DNA of 58,488 nucleotides, filler included, from Candidatus Hydrogenedentota bacterium (GTDB lineage Bacteria; JBFMHD01): assembly GCA_040752395.1 (NCBI GenBank). It is 4 parts of 4 records of this genome, joined end to end, with 100 filler letters (N's around TTAATTAATTAA, not from the genome) between each part and the next. Parts side by side here need not be neighbours in the genome. Positions count along the whole stretch, not along the records: positions 1 to 10,635 come from JBFMHD010000089.1; 3 more parts are not named here. One strand, written 5' to 3'. Both the position numbers and the translations under genes were made by a program. This document shows, piece after piece, positions 1-8,953 of the stretch. Under the pieces are notes generated by a model. The model ran no database searches. It was given only the letters and a program-made list of their open reading frames with translations, and was not told the DNA's origin. Position 1 is the stretch's first letter, and the number at the start of each line of letters is the position of its first letter.

Positions 1-232
1 TTTCCTTTAAATATTTAATGATTAAATCGACATCGGTTAATTCGCCAGTGGTTAAATTGCTTATTATTTTATTATCTTCAAAATAATAAAAAAAATAATC
101 ATCCATAGCTTCCCGCACTGTTTCATCAGAATACAAATTTCGGTAAGACTGTAGCGTAGCTTTAAAATGATTAAAATAAAATTTTTCTTCTTGCGTATTC
201 TGATTTCTATTGGAAAAGAATAAGATTTTCAT
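1..232 (-). CDS. 5' part of the GNAT (WecD-like) acetyltransferase that continues at 10736-11957
   Basis: ATG at 232 just after the neuB stop; reads MKILFFSNRNQNTQEEKFYFNHF…; reverse complement of 1-191 equals 10736-10926 with one mismatch. Confidence 0.85.
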   Translation of the reverse strand, partial: MKILFFSNRNQNTQEEKFYFNHFKATLQSYRNLYSDETVREAMDDYFFYYFEDNKIISNLTTGELTDVDLIIKYLKE

Positions 233-234
233 AA

Positions 235-1083
235 TTAAAGCCGTGTAACCCTTCTATATTTTAAAATATCTTTTTCAGCATCAATAGGTCCATCAACAAC
301 ATCCCCTAACATCTCCTCAACCTTTCTAATCTCAGAGATCATCAATTTCATATCCTTTGGTTCTGTGCTTAAAGTATGATCAGGCCCTTTCATCGCTTTA
401 GACAATGTAAAATGTTTTTCAATTAATTTAGCCCCACATGCAACAGCGATAATTGATGCTTCGATACCGATAGTATGGTCTGAAAACCCAGCTGGACAAT
501 TATATAGCAGTTCTAAACTATGAATAGTCTTCAGGTTCAGGTCTTTTATTAATTTTACAGGATACGCAGAGATACAATGAAGGATAGCATAAGAAGATGT
601 ATGTCTCTTAATGATTTCTAAAGCTTTGTTAATCTCTTTTCTTGTTGTCATACCCCGTGAAAGAATTATTGGTCTTTTAGTCTTTGCTATTTTATTGACC
701 AGTTTGATGTTAGTAACATCAAATGAGGCTATTTTAAAAGAGGCGACATTAATGGTATTTAAAAAATCTACTGATTCATCATCAAAAGGCGTTGAATAAA
801 TTATTATTCCGAGTGAATCTGCATAATCAAATAATTCCTTTTGCTGTTTAAAAGATAGTTCACACTTTTTCAATATCCCATAAATCGGTGAATCTTTTGG
901 TACCCTCTTTTCTGTTATATAGGTCTGAAGTTTAACCGCGTCAGCTCCGCTCTCTTTCACAGCTTTGATTAGTTTTTTTGCTACTTTAAAATCTCCGTTA
1001 TGATTTATACCAACCTCTGCTGTTACAAAAACTCTTTTACCTTCCCCAATCGCCCTTTCCCCGATACTTATAACCTTACTCAT
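235..1083 (-). CDS. neuB: N-acetylneuraminate/nonulosonate synthase family protein (NeuB/SpsE-like), lacking the C-terminal SAF domain
   Basis: AEVGINHNGD, KIASFD, LHCISAYP, GFSDHT and IEKHFTL motifs; only 282 aa. Confidence 0.9.
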   Translation of the reverse strand: MSKVISIGERAIGEGKRVFVTAEVGINHNGDFKVAKKLIKAVKESGADAVKLQTYITEKRVPKDSPIYGILKKCELSFKQQKELFDYADSLGIIIYSTPFDDESVDFLNTINVASFKIASFDVTNIKLVNKIAKTKRPIILSRGMTTRKEINKALEIIKRHTSSYAILHCISAYPVKLIKDLNLKTIHSLELLYNCPAGFSDHTIGIEASIIAVACGAKLIEKHFTLSKAMKGPDHTLSTEPKDMKLMISEIRKVEEMLGDVVDGPIDAEKDILKYRRVTRL

Positions 1084-1090
1084 AAATAAT

Positions 1091-1305
1091 CTCCTCTGAA
1101 AAACATTGTAACTCTAATAATTCGGGCTACAGGCTACAGGCTACGGACTACAGCCGGCTGGAGCCCGAAGCCCGGAGCCTGAAGCCCGGAGCCTGCTGAA
1201 AAGTCTTGAGTCTCGAGTCCTGTTTTGACTCACGACTCTTTTCATATCATCTTTAGTTTTTCATACTTTGTGTAGAGCGCAAACCGCGCTCATGTTGACT
1301 CCTCT
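1091..1305. repeat. Composite SD-anchored intergenic element, copy 1
   Basis: CTCCTCT direct repeat at both ends; nested TGAAAA…TGAAAA…TTTTCA…TTTTCA; GGCTACA/GAGCCCG heptamers; near-identical to 6440-6675 and 41583-41842. Confidence 0.9.
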
Positions 1306-1329
1306 CTATCTCTATCTCTATCTCTTATC

Positions 1330-2130
1330 TTACCAGCAACTCATCCCGCCATCGATAATTAAATTCTGGCCAGTAACATACTGTGAAGCATCAGAAGATA
1401 AATATAAAACGCCGCCAACTATATCATCAGTCATTGCCATACGTCCAAGCGGACACCTATATGAATACTTCTTTACAAAATCTTTGCCCTGCGGATTTTG
1501 TGGATTAAATACTCCGCCAGGCGATACACAGTTTACACGGATACCATATCGGGATAGATGAACAGCATAGTATCGTGTCATCTGAATAATAGCTGCTTTA
1601 GTAGCACCATATACCTCAGAATTCTTTCTTTTGCAATCGGTGTATATTCTATAATCAGGACTTATCACTCCATAGATCGACCCTATGTTGACTATAACAC
1701 CCCTGGTTCTACTTTTAATTAATTCTCTGGCATATTTCTGTATACAAAAGAATGTCCCTTTTAAATTCACATCCATTACCCAATTAAATCTTTTCTCGCT
1801 TCTTTCTAAAAAAGGTTCGAAGGTGCTGGCACCGGCATTGTTGATTAAAACATCGAGCTTTCTATGTTCTCTAAATATCTTCCCAAACATCTTTGAGACA
1901 GATTCCTTTTTCCTGATATCAACAGTATATAGAAACAATGTATCATAAGTATTTGTTAAATTTTTTAAATTTTTCTTGAGGTTTTTAATATCTAAATCTG
2001 CAGCTAATACAATCGCTCCACACTCTAAAAATGTTCCAACTAATGCTTTACCTATCTGTCCAGCAGCACCGGTAATTAAAACCCTCTTCTTTTCAAGATT
2101 GAACAATTTTTCAATATAATTCTTATTCAT
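1330..2130 (-). CDS. SDR family oxidoreductase (PtmA-like, nonulosonate pathway)
   Basis: TGAAGQIG, NNAG and YGATKAA motifs. Confidence 0.9.
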   Translation of the reverse strand: MNKNYIEKLFNLEKKRVLITGAAGQIGKALVGTFLECGAIVLAADLDIKNLKKNLKNLTNTYDTLFLYTVDIRKKESVSKMFGKIFREHRKLDVLINNAGASTFEPFLERSEKRFNWVMDVNLKGTFFCIQKYARELIKSRTRGVIVNIGSIYGVISPDYRIYTDCKRKNSEVYGATKAAIIQMTRYYAVHLSRYGIRVNCVSPGGVFNPQNPQGKDFVKKYSYRCPLGRMAMTDDIVGGVLYLSSDASQYVTGQNLIIDGGMSCW

Positions 2131-2903
2131 ACTTTCTTAATTAAGTTTTTAACCTCTTTAATAATATTAAAAAGAGTATCAATAGATTTATAATACTCTA
2201 TTGTTAAATATTTCACATTATTATAATCTTTTAAAATATCAAGCAACAACTTATAAATTTCATTATCTGGTCTATTGTGATTATCTCTTGCAATACCGTC
2301 TTTAATAGAATATCTGGAAATATGAACCTGTATACACTTTTCTAATGGCAGGTTCTTAATATAGTAATGATAGCTAATCTTTTTATTATATGAGGAGATA
2401 ATGGCATGTGAGATATCAAATAAAAAATTAATTTTGTTATCGTATACGATCTCTAATAAAAAAGAGCTGTCTGTTATTATATCGTATGCTTCTGATGGAT
2501 AATAATTGTTATTTTCAATAGCTATCAATATATCATTGCTTAAAATCTCTTTTAGAATCTTAAGGTTGTCTTTTGCATTTCTTAACATTTCTTTTTTAGT
2601 AAACTTTTTCCCATTAGACTGAAATATACCATTTTTTATAATAGGGTTACTGTAACAGGATGGTATGTGGAAACTGATTAATTTTAAGTCTTTCTTAAAA
2701 TTTTTTATCAGATATAAATGCTTTATCTCTTCGTTTTCTTCCCAGTTTTTAACTATGCTTATATCTGAATGATATAAATATTGACGATTTATATCAGAAT
2801 GAAATGATGCATCTCTGCATTCAAAACAATTGGATATATTGACTACTTTGGCTATCGCTTTTTTATGCCTGAATAAATGAGAAAGCGGAGTAGCAATTAA
2901 CAT
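2127..2903 (-). CDS. TIM-barrel metalloprotein, DUF692/xylose-isomerase-like
   Basis: ENNNYY, FDISHA, QVHIS, RDNH and TIEYY metal-ligand pattern. Confidence 0.55.
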   Translation of the reverse strand: MLIATPLSHLFRHKKAIAKVVNISNCFECRDASFHSDINRQYLYHSDISIVKNWEENEEIKHLYLIKNFKKDLKLISFHIPSCYSNPIIKNGIFQSNGKKFTKKEMLRNAKDNLKILKEILSNDILIAIENNNYYPSEAYDIITDSSFLLEIVYDNKINFLFDISHAIISSYNKKISYHYYIKNLPLEKCIQVHISRYSIKDGIARDNHNRPDNEIYKLLLDILKDYNNVKYLTIEYYKSIDTLFNIIKEVKNLIKKV

Positions 2904-4051
2904 AAAATTTGTCGAAGAGTAGAGATCACATCATCGACATCAGTCTCTGTTAGTTTCGGCGATAAAGGTAAACTTACTGTTGTCTCACCAATATAAAAGC
3001 TATTTGAATAATCTTCTGGTTTCCAACCATATGTTTCTCTGTAATACCTGTGAGTAGGTATACTTCTATAATGCACGCCGATACCGATATTGTGGTCTGT
3101 CATTCTTTTTAAAAATTCATCACGGCATAAACCGCATCTTTTTTTATCAATTAATATTGTATATAAATGCAGAGAATGTTTTGTATTAGCTTCAATAGGG
3201 GAGGGTAGTTCTATGTGTAAATCAGATAAAGCAGAATTGTATCTTTCCCATATCTCTTTCCTCCTCTCCCAGTATTTATCTATTCGTTTTATTTGATGTA
3301 TCCCAAGCGATGCCTGTAAATCTGTCATATTATATTTAAAACCAGGTGATATAACCTCGTAATGTTTAAATCCCTCATCTGAAAACCTTTTCCAGGCATC
3401 CTTGCTCATACCATGCAGGGCAAGGACCTTTATTTTATTCGCATACTCTTCATTATTAGTTATAACCATACCGCCTTCAGCTGTTATAATGTTTTTTGTT
3501 ACATAAAAACTAAAACAACCCATTTCGCCGAACGTCCCTGTCTTTCTGTTTTTATATTCTCCCTCAATCGCATGCGCACAATCCTCAATTATTTTTATAT
3601 TATGTTCTTTTGCTATATCACAAATTTCATCCATATTACAGGGTCTGCCTGCAAAATGAACAGGTAAAATTGCTTTTGTTTTTTTAGTAATTTTTTTTAG
3701 TATTTCAGCTGGATCAATATTCATTGTGTGGCGATCACAATCTGCTAAAACCGGTGTTGCACCTGAATGTATTATAGCATTTATCGTGGCGCAAAACGTC
3801 ATAGGTGTGGTTATCACTTCATCATCTTTCCCTATCCCTGCTGCTAATAATGATAAATGGAGTGCTGCGGTGCAGGAACCTAAAGCAATAGCATATTTTG
3901 CCTTTTTATATTCTCTGAATAATTCCTCAAACCTCGCCACTTTAGGTCCTGTCCCTATCCAGCCTGATTTAAGTGTTTCTAATACCTCGTCTATCTCTTC
4001 TTCCTCAATTAATGGGCTTCCAAAAATTAAAAAATTATTTTTATCTCTCAT
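2897..4051 (-). CDS. DegT/DnrJ/EryC1/StrS PLP-dependent sugar aminotransferase
   Basis: SCTAALHL, IEDCAHA, SFYVTKNIITAEGG, GFKYNMTD. Confidence 0.95.
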   Translation of the reverse strand: MRDKNNFLIFGSPLIEEEEIDEVLETLKSGWIGTGPKVARFEELFREYKKAKYAIALGSCTAALHLSLLAAGIGKDDEVITTPMTFCATINAIIHSGATPVLADCDRHTMNIDPAEILKKITKKTKAILPVHFAGRPCNMDEICDIAKEHNIKIIEDCAHAIEGEYKNRKTGTFGEMGCFSFYVTKNIITAEGGMVITNNEEYANKIKVLALHGMSKDAWKRFSDEGFKHYEVISPGFKYNMTDLQASLGIHQIKRIDKYWERRKEIWERYNSALSDLHIELPSPIEANTKHSLHLYTILIDKKRCGLCRDEFLKRMTDHNIGIGVHYRSIPTHRYYRETYGWKPEDYSNSFYIGETTVSLPLSPKLTETDVDDVISTLRQILC

Positions 4052-4132
4052 TTGGTGCCTTTGTGCCTGTGTAAAATTTATTCAATTGGTATTAATCGGG
4101 GCCGAAACACCCTTTTAATACGTAACGCTACT

Positions 4133-4684
4133 CTATCTTACCTCAAAGATACATAAATCTACTAATCGATTCACACCTAAAAACTTTAACTCTACTTTCA
4201 CCCGATTCTTTCTTTTGTTAATCCCTCTTATTATACCTTCGTAACCCTTTAATGGTCCCTCAATTATCTTTACTATCTCACCCTCTCTGTAAAACCTTGA
4301 TTCCTCGACAATACCCTCCCTGTTTACTAAATCAAAAACTACCTTCATCTCTTCTCTTTCACAGAAAAAAGGACGATCCTCCTTCATAAGAATTTTAATA
4401 AACCCCTGTAATATGCTCTTTTTTCTATATATAGTTTTGCATAAATCAAGATTGTATAAAGAATCATCCTCGCCTTTAATAAATAAATATCCCGGATATA
4501 ATGCCTTGATATTATATAAATACTCGCCTTTCTTCCTTATATATAATTTCCGCCTTGGGAAAAATAGTCTCGCCGGCTCTTTGATTAAATCCAAAAGAAC
4601 ATCTGTTATCCGGCCTTCTTTACCCGCATATGTCTGAATAACAAACCAATTGCTACAGTTATCAGTCATTATATCTATAGCCAT
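4133..4684 (-). CDS. NusG-paralog transcription antiterminator (LoaP/UpxY/RfaH class)
   Basis: NGN domain (WFVIQTYAGKE, LYPGYLF) plus KOW domain (VKIIEGPLKGYEG); directly upstream of the glycan operon. Confidence 0.85.
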   Translation of the reverse strand: MAIDIMTDNCSNWFVIQTYAGKEGRITDVLLDLIKEPARLFFPRRKLYIRKKGEYLYNIKALYPGYLFIKGEDDSLYNLDLCKTIYRKKSILQGFIKILMKEDRPFFCEREEMKVVFDLVNREGIVEESRFYREGEIVKIIEGPLKGYEGIIRGINKRKNRVKVELKFLGVNRLVDLCIFEVR

Positions 4685-5265
4685 ACTATAATACCCTCTT
4701 TATCCATCTCTCTTATATTTTCAGCAATGTAACTTTTCAACAATACGCTGTTTGCAATAATAAGATAATTACTACCTTTATTCTTTTTTTCTATTATTTC
4801 CTGGAAACTGAAAACCTTATAACCTAATTTTTCATTTATTTCTTCTTCATCCTTGATAAATCCTATGAAATTAAAGCCATAATTTTTTACCCCTAAAAAT
4901 ATCATCTCTGCCCAGAGATCCGTACCGTAAATATAAATTTCTCTGCTGTTTACCTGTATCTCATTCAATTTATGAAGTATAATATCCCTCACACTCATAA
5001 AATAATCTATACTGCCTTTTAATATATTATAATTATATCTTAATCTTTCATTAAATCCATAGGGTGTCAGTACATATTTAAGCATTTGCTTATTCTTTAA
5101 TTTTTTTATTTTGATTAATCCTTTTTCTGCTAATTTATTTATAAAAAGATTCACCATTCCAAGAGAGAGATTTAACTCTTTTGCTAAAGCCCTCTGGGTT
5201 ACATTCTCTCTCTTGTATATCTCATTTAGTATCTCGACTTCTTCTCTTCTTATCTCTTCAGTCAT
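4675..5265 (-). CDS. MarR-type winged-HTH regulator, EPS-associated
   Basis: TQRALAKELNLSLGMVN…KGLIK…YVLTPYG; Rossmann-like C-terminal domain. Confidence 0.8.
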   Translation of the reverse strand: MTEEIRREEVEILNEIYKRENVTQRALAKELNLSLGMVNLFINKLAEKGLIKIKKLKNKQMLKYVLTPYGFNERLRYNYNILKGSIDYFMSVRDIILHKLNEIQVNSREIYIYGTDLWAEMIFLGVKNYGFNFIGFIKDEEEINEKLGYKVFSFQEIIEKKNKGSNYLIIANSVLLKSYIAENIREMDKEGIIVWL

Positions 5266-5270
5266 AACGA

Positions 5271-5381
5271 CTCCCTATGAAAAGTCTTTAGTCTCAAGTC
5301 GTAAATCAAAAACTAATGACTCAAGACTGATTTATTGACTCACGACTCTGTGACTTTTAGACTGATTTCATATCATCTCCT
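5271..5381. repeat. SD-anchored intergenic module (GACTC-heptamer type)
   Basis: CTCC at both ends; TGAAAAGTC…GATTTCATATCATCT shared with 1196-1252 and 41667-41743; contains the RBS of the 5265 gene. Confidence 0.75.
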
Positions 5382-5441
5382 ATATCTTGCCTCTACCTAC
5401 CATCTCCTGATGAAAGATAAAATACCCACTGAAAATGGTTT

Positions 5442-5511
5442 CTGTTCAATTATTGAACAGTATATCTATTTTTTTATTTTTGTCAAGTCCAAAATGTTCA
5501 TTTTTTGAACA
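5442..5511 (-). promoter_or_regulatory. Sigma70-type promoter flanked by two TGTTCA-N5-TGAACA operators
   Basis: Minus-strand TTGACA (5481-5486), N16, TATACT (5459-5464); palindromes at 5442-5460 and 5495-5511. Confidence 0.7.
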
Positions 5512-5605
5512 CCCTTATTTTAATATTCACAAAGATTTAGTCAAATAGCTAAGCCCTAAACCAAACAGGCATCATAACCCTTACCCCTTTACCAAATGAT
5601 ACTTC

Positions 5606-6259
5606 TCACTTCTTAGTTCTTACTTTTGTATCCTCTGTCTCCTGTCTCCTGTCTTCTATATATCCTTTAGCTATTAAATATTTCATAATTTTACTCTGTG
5701 ATTCTTCTATTGTCTCATTTTCAGTATCAAGTATAAGTTCAGGGTTTAATGGTTCTTCATAGGGGGCAGAGATACCTGTAAACTCTTTTACTTCACCTCG
5801 CCTTGCCCTGCCCCACAAACCTTTGGTATCCCTCTTTTCACAACACTCTATACTACATCTTACGTAACACTCTATAAAATCACCTTCTTTCACAATCGAC
5901 CTTACTCTATCTCTGTCTTTTCTGTATGGTGATATAAATGCTGTTATTGCGATTATACCTGCATCTACGAATAGTTTTGCCACCTCACCTATGCGTCTTA
6001 TATTTTCTTCTCTATCTTCTTTTGAAAATCCCAAATTTTTATTTAACCCCTGCCTTATATTGTCACCATCAAGCACATAACTTCTCACTCCTCTCTGGAA
6101 AAGTTTTTCTTCAAGTTTGTATGCTATTGTTGTTTTTCCCGAACCCGATAACCCGCTCAACCAGATGATACAGCTTTTATGTCTGTTTGTGTGTTCGCGG
6201 TCGGTGCGTGTAATCGCGCCGTGGTGCCAGAATACATTTGTTGTTCTTGTATCAATCAT
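5606..6259 (-). CDS. cysC: Adenylyl-sulfate (APS) kinase
   Basis: WLSGLSGSGKTT, LDGDNIR, DREENIRR, FTGISAPYEEP. Confidence 0.97.
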   Translation of the reverse strand: MIDTRTTNVFWHHGAITRTDREHTNRHKSCIIWLSGLSGSGKTTIAYKLEEKLFQRGVRSYVLDGDNIRQGLNKNLGFSKEDREENIRRIGEVAKLFVDAGIIAITAFISPYRKDRDRVRSIVKEGDFIECYVRCSIECCEKRDTKGLWGRARRGEVKEFTGISAPYEEPLNPELILDTENETIEESQSKIMKYLIAKGYIEDRRQETEDTKVRTKK

Positions 6260-6266
6260 AATTAAC

Positions 6267-6675
6267 CTCCTCTGAAAAACATTGTAACTATAATAATATC
6301 AAGTAGAAACAAGAAGCAAGAAGCAAGATAAACAAACATCTGGTTTTTCATACGTTGTGTAGAGCGCAAAAACCCAAAAACGCAATAACCCAATAACCCA
6401 ATAACCCAATAGTGTAGAGCGCAAACGCGCTCATGGGTACTCCTCTGAAAAACGCTGTAACTCTAATAATTCGGGGTACAGGCTACAGGCTACGGACTAC
6501 AGCCGGCTGGAGCCCNNNNNNNNNNNNNNNNNNNNNNNNNNNNNNNNNNNNNNNNNNNNNNNNNNNNNNNNNNNNNNNNNNNNNNNNNNNNNNNNNNNNN
6601 NNNNNNNNNNNNNNNGAGTCCTGTTTTGACTCACGACTTGCGACTTGTGACTCACGACTGTTTTTATATCATCTA
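6267..6675. repeat. Two tandem SD-anchored elements sharing a CTCCTCT junction at 6440-6446; spans the scaffold gap
   Basis: AAGCAAG and CAATAAC heptamers; GAGCGC/GCGCTC palindrome; second unit matches 1091-1252. Confidence 0.85.
6516..6615. other. Scaffold gap (100 N) inside a repeat element
   Basis: Both flanks match copy 1 (about 1140-1230). Confidence 0.95.
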
Positions 6676-8004
6676 CTTCTTGCTTCTTGCTTCTATTATA
6701 TCACCATAGAGATCCAAACCATTGCTATCTGTAATTTTGACTTTTATAAATTTGTCAATATATTCCTCTGAAAAATTATTATCTATTACAACACATCCTT
6801 CTATTTCAGGTGCATTGCGGTAGCATCTGCCAACAAGTTCTTCTCCAACCTTCCTCTCAACCAACACCTCTATCTCTTCCCCTATCATCTTTTTCTGTAG
6901 TTTATCTTCAATCTTGAATTGAATATTTCTCGCTACATCATATCTTTTCTCGATCTCTTTTTTAGATATCTTGTTTTTATAGTTAGCTGAGACCGTACCC
7001 TCTTCTCTGGAATAAGGAAAAAATGTTATTCTATCAAGTTTTGCTTCATTTAAAAAATCTAAAAGTCTTTCAAATAATTTAGAAGTCTCATAGGGATGAC
7101 CCACTATTAAACTCGTTTTTATATAACTATCATCAAAATTAGCCCTTATCTTATTTATTAAATTTAAAAATATAGTTTTATCACCTTCTCTATTCATTAA
7201 TCTTAACATCTTTTTTTCAGAATGCTGAAGAGGTATATCAAAATACGGATATATCTTTTTATTCTCTTTTATTAAATATATTAACTCATCATCGATATCC
7301 TGCCAGAAGCCGTATAAAAATCTTATTCTAAAATCTCCATTTAGTATTGTTAAATCTTTTAGCAAATTTTTAAAGTTATAATCTTTATATCTATCAACGC
7401 CGTAATTTGTGGTCTCCTGTCCAACCAATATTAATTCTTTTATCCCCGAGTTTATCATTATCTTCGCTTCTTGAATTATTATCTCTTTTTTTCTGCTTCT
7501 ATATCCACCTTTTAACTCAGGTATTTTACAGAACGCGCATTTTCGTGAGCATCCCTCTGATATCTTTATATAATGATACAATTCAGTTTCTCGAATTGGT
7601 GTTTGTAACGGCTTATTATACAAATATCCTCTCACATTAAAATCACTTCTGGTTCTACCTTTTGTTATATCAACAATTTTATCAATCTCCCCTGTCCCTG
7701 AAATAGAATCTATTTCTGGTATCTCTTTTATTAACTCATCTTTATAATATTGTGGCAAACACCCTGTAACAATGAGTTTCTTGATTTTACCTCTGTTTTT
7801 TAATTCACCATATTCAAGTATTGTATCAATTGATTCCTGTCTTGCTTGTTCAATAAAAGAGCAGGTATTTATAATGATTATGTCTGATTTATTAATATCT
7901 CCTGTAATTTCATAGCCATTGCTAATTAATATCTCTCTTAATGTAGCTGTATCAACCTCATTTCTTACACAACCGAGTGTCTCTATAAAAACCCTACTCT
8001 TCAC
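6673..8004 (-). CDS. rimO: Ribosomal protein S12 methylthiotransferase
   Basis: LGCVRNEVD, NTCSFIEQARQESID, EGCSRKCAFC, C-terminal TRAM domain (NAPEIEG). Confidence 0.92.
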   Translation of the reverse strand: MKSRVFIETLGCVRNEVDTATLREILISNGYEITGDINKSDIIIINTCSFIEQARQESIDTILEYGELKNRGKIKKLIVTGCLPQYYKDELIKEIPEIDSISGTGEIDKIVDITKGRTRSDFNVRGYLYNKPLQTPIRETELYHYIKISEGCSRKCAFCKIPELKGGYRSRKKEIIIQEAKIMINSGIKELILVGQETTNYGVDRYKDYNFKNLLKDLTILNGDFRIRFLYGFWQDIDDELIYLIKENKKIYPYFDIPLQHSEKKMLRLMNREGDKTIFLNLINKIRANFDDSYIKTSLIVGHPYETSKLFERLLDFLNEAKLDRITFFPYSREEGTVSANYKNKISKKEIEKRYDVARNIQFKIEDKLQKKMIGEEIEVLVERKVGEELVGRCYRNAPEIEGCVVIDNNFSEEYIDKFIKVKITDSNGLDLYGDIIEARSKK

Positions 8005-8663
8005 TTTATTTCTACTATCTCCTTATCCTTTGTATCCAGTTTAAATTTACTCGGCTTAATTTCAGTAAAGATTACAAAATCTTTTATTATTGCTTCAATT
8101 GGTCTATCATTATTACCATTTATATATATATCAATTTTTTTGATGATCAAATCTTCAGTGATTAATACCTTAATTTTTTTTATCTCGTCTTGTTCATCTG
8201 GTATCAATAAAATTTCAAAAAAATTATTTTTTTTAAAATAACTGACATTATATTCTTTTTCGAGTGGTTCGTTTAAGATACCTATAAATATTTTAAAATC
8301 TCTACTTGTAAAAAGCTCTTTATCTACTTTTTGTACATAGATATATTTATCGCCTTTAGTATTAGTAAAAATATTTTCTCCATCACATACAGTGATAACA
8401 GTTTGTAATCCTGATTTATATTCGGTTCTAAAAAAATAGGGTTTCTGAAAGAGTAGTTTTAATTTTACAATCTCATACCTATCTTCTTGATGCAACTTAT
8501 CTTTTAGCGGAATTTTTATATTTGCTACTATTGAAAAGACTTTTATATCTTTTTTAAAAGCCTCGAACTTATCAATTATTGAGACTTCTTCTGCAAACAA
8601 AAAAGAATTAAAAATTAAAAAGTAAATAATAAAAAATAATAATCTATAACTCACAACTCTCAA
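8001..8663 (-). CDS. LolA-like outer-membrane lipoprotein carrier protein
   Basis: Signal peptide; FQKPYFFRTEY…VCDGENI pattern; adjacent to rimO. Confidence 0.7.
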   Translation of the reverse strand: MRVVSYRLLFFIIYFLIFNSFLFAEEVSIIDKFEAFKKDIKVFSIVANIKIPLKDKLHQEDRYEIVKLKLLFQKPYFFRTEYKSGLQTVITVCDGENIFTNTKGDKYIYVQKVDKELFTSRDFKIFIGILNEPLEKEYNVSYFKKNNFFEILLIPDEQDEIKKIKVLITEDLIIKKIDIYINGNNDRPIEAIIKDFVIFTEIKPSKFKLDTKDKEIVEIK

Positions 8664-8707
8664 CTTGTTAACTCACAACTGATTTATGAAGTCTTTTTTA
8701 GTAAAGC

Positions 8708-8935
8708 CTCAGAACGTGTGAAATAATCATCATTAATACCAGGTAACTCTTTTATTATCACTCCCTGTTTTCTAAAAAAGTCTAATTTTTTCACACGTTC
8801 TCAGTTATAGGTGGAATTGTAATTCCTCAGTCTTCGGTGGAAACCCTACTGCCATTAGGCACAAAGTAGCAAAGGCAAAAGAGGCACAAAGAAGAAAAAA
8901 CTTTGTGCCTTTGTCACTCTGTGCCTTTGTGCCTC
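8708..8935. mobile_element. CTCAG-bounded MITE-like unit followed by related partial units and an AGGCACAA/TTGTGCCT palindromic block
   Basis: CTCAG-AACGTGTGAAA…TTTCACACGTT-CTCAG (8708-8804); same ends at 24515-24651 and 46707-46738. Confidence 0.7.
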
Positions 8936-8953
8936 AAACCAAAAGAGACCTCT

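Noticed and set aside
6300-6430. Heptamer arrays as CRISPR
   Set aside because: Tandem 7-mers without unique spacers; no cas genes.
6433-6771. 112-aa ORF through the gap; also 1268-1561 and 8903-9175
   Set aside because: Start in repeat DNA or Ns and run antisense to real genes.
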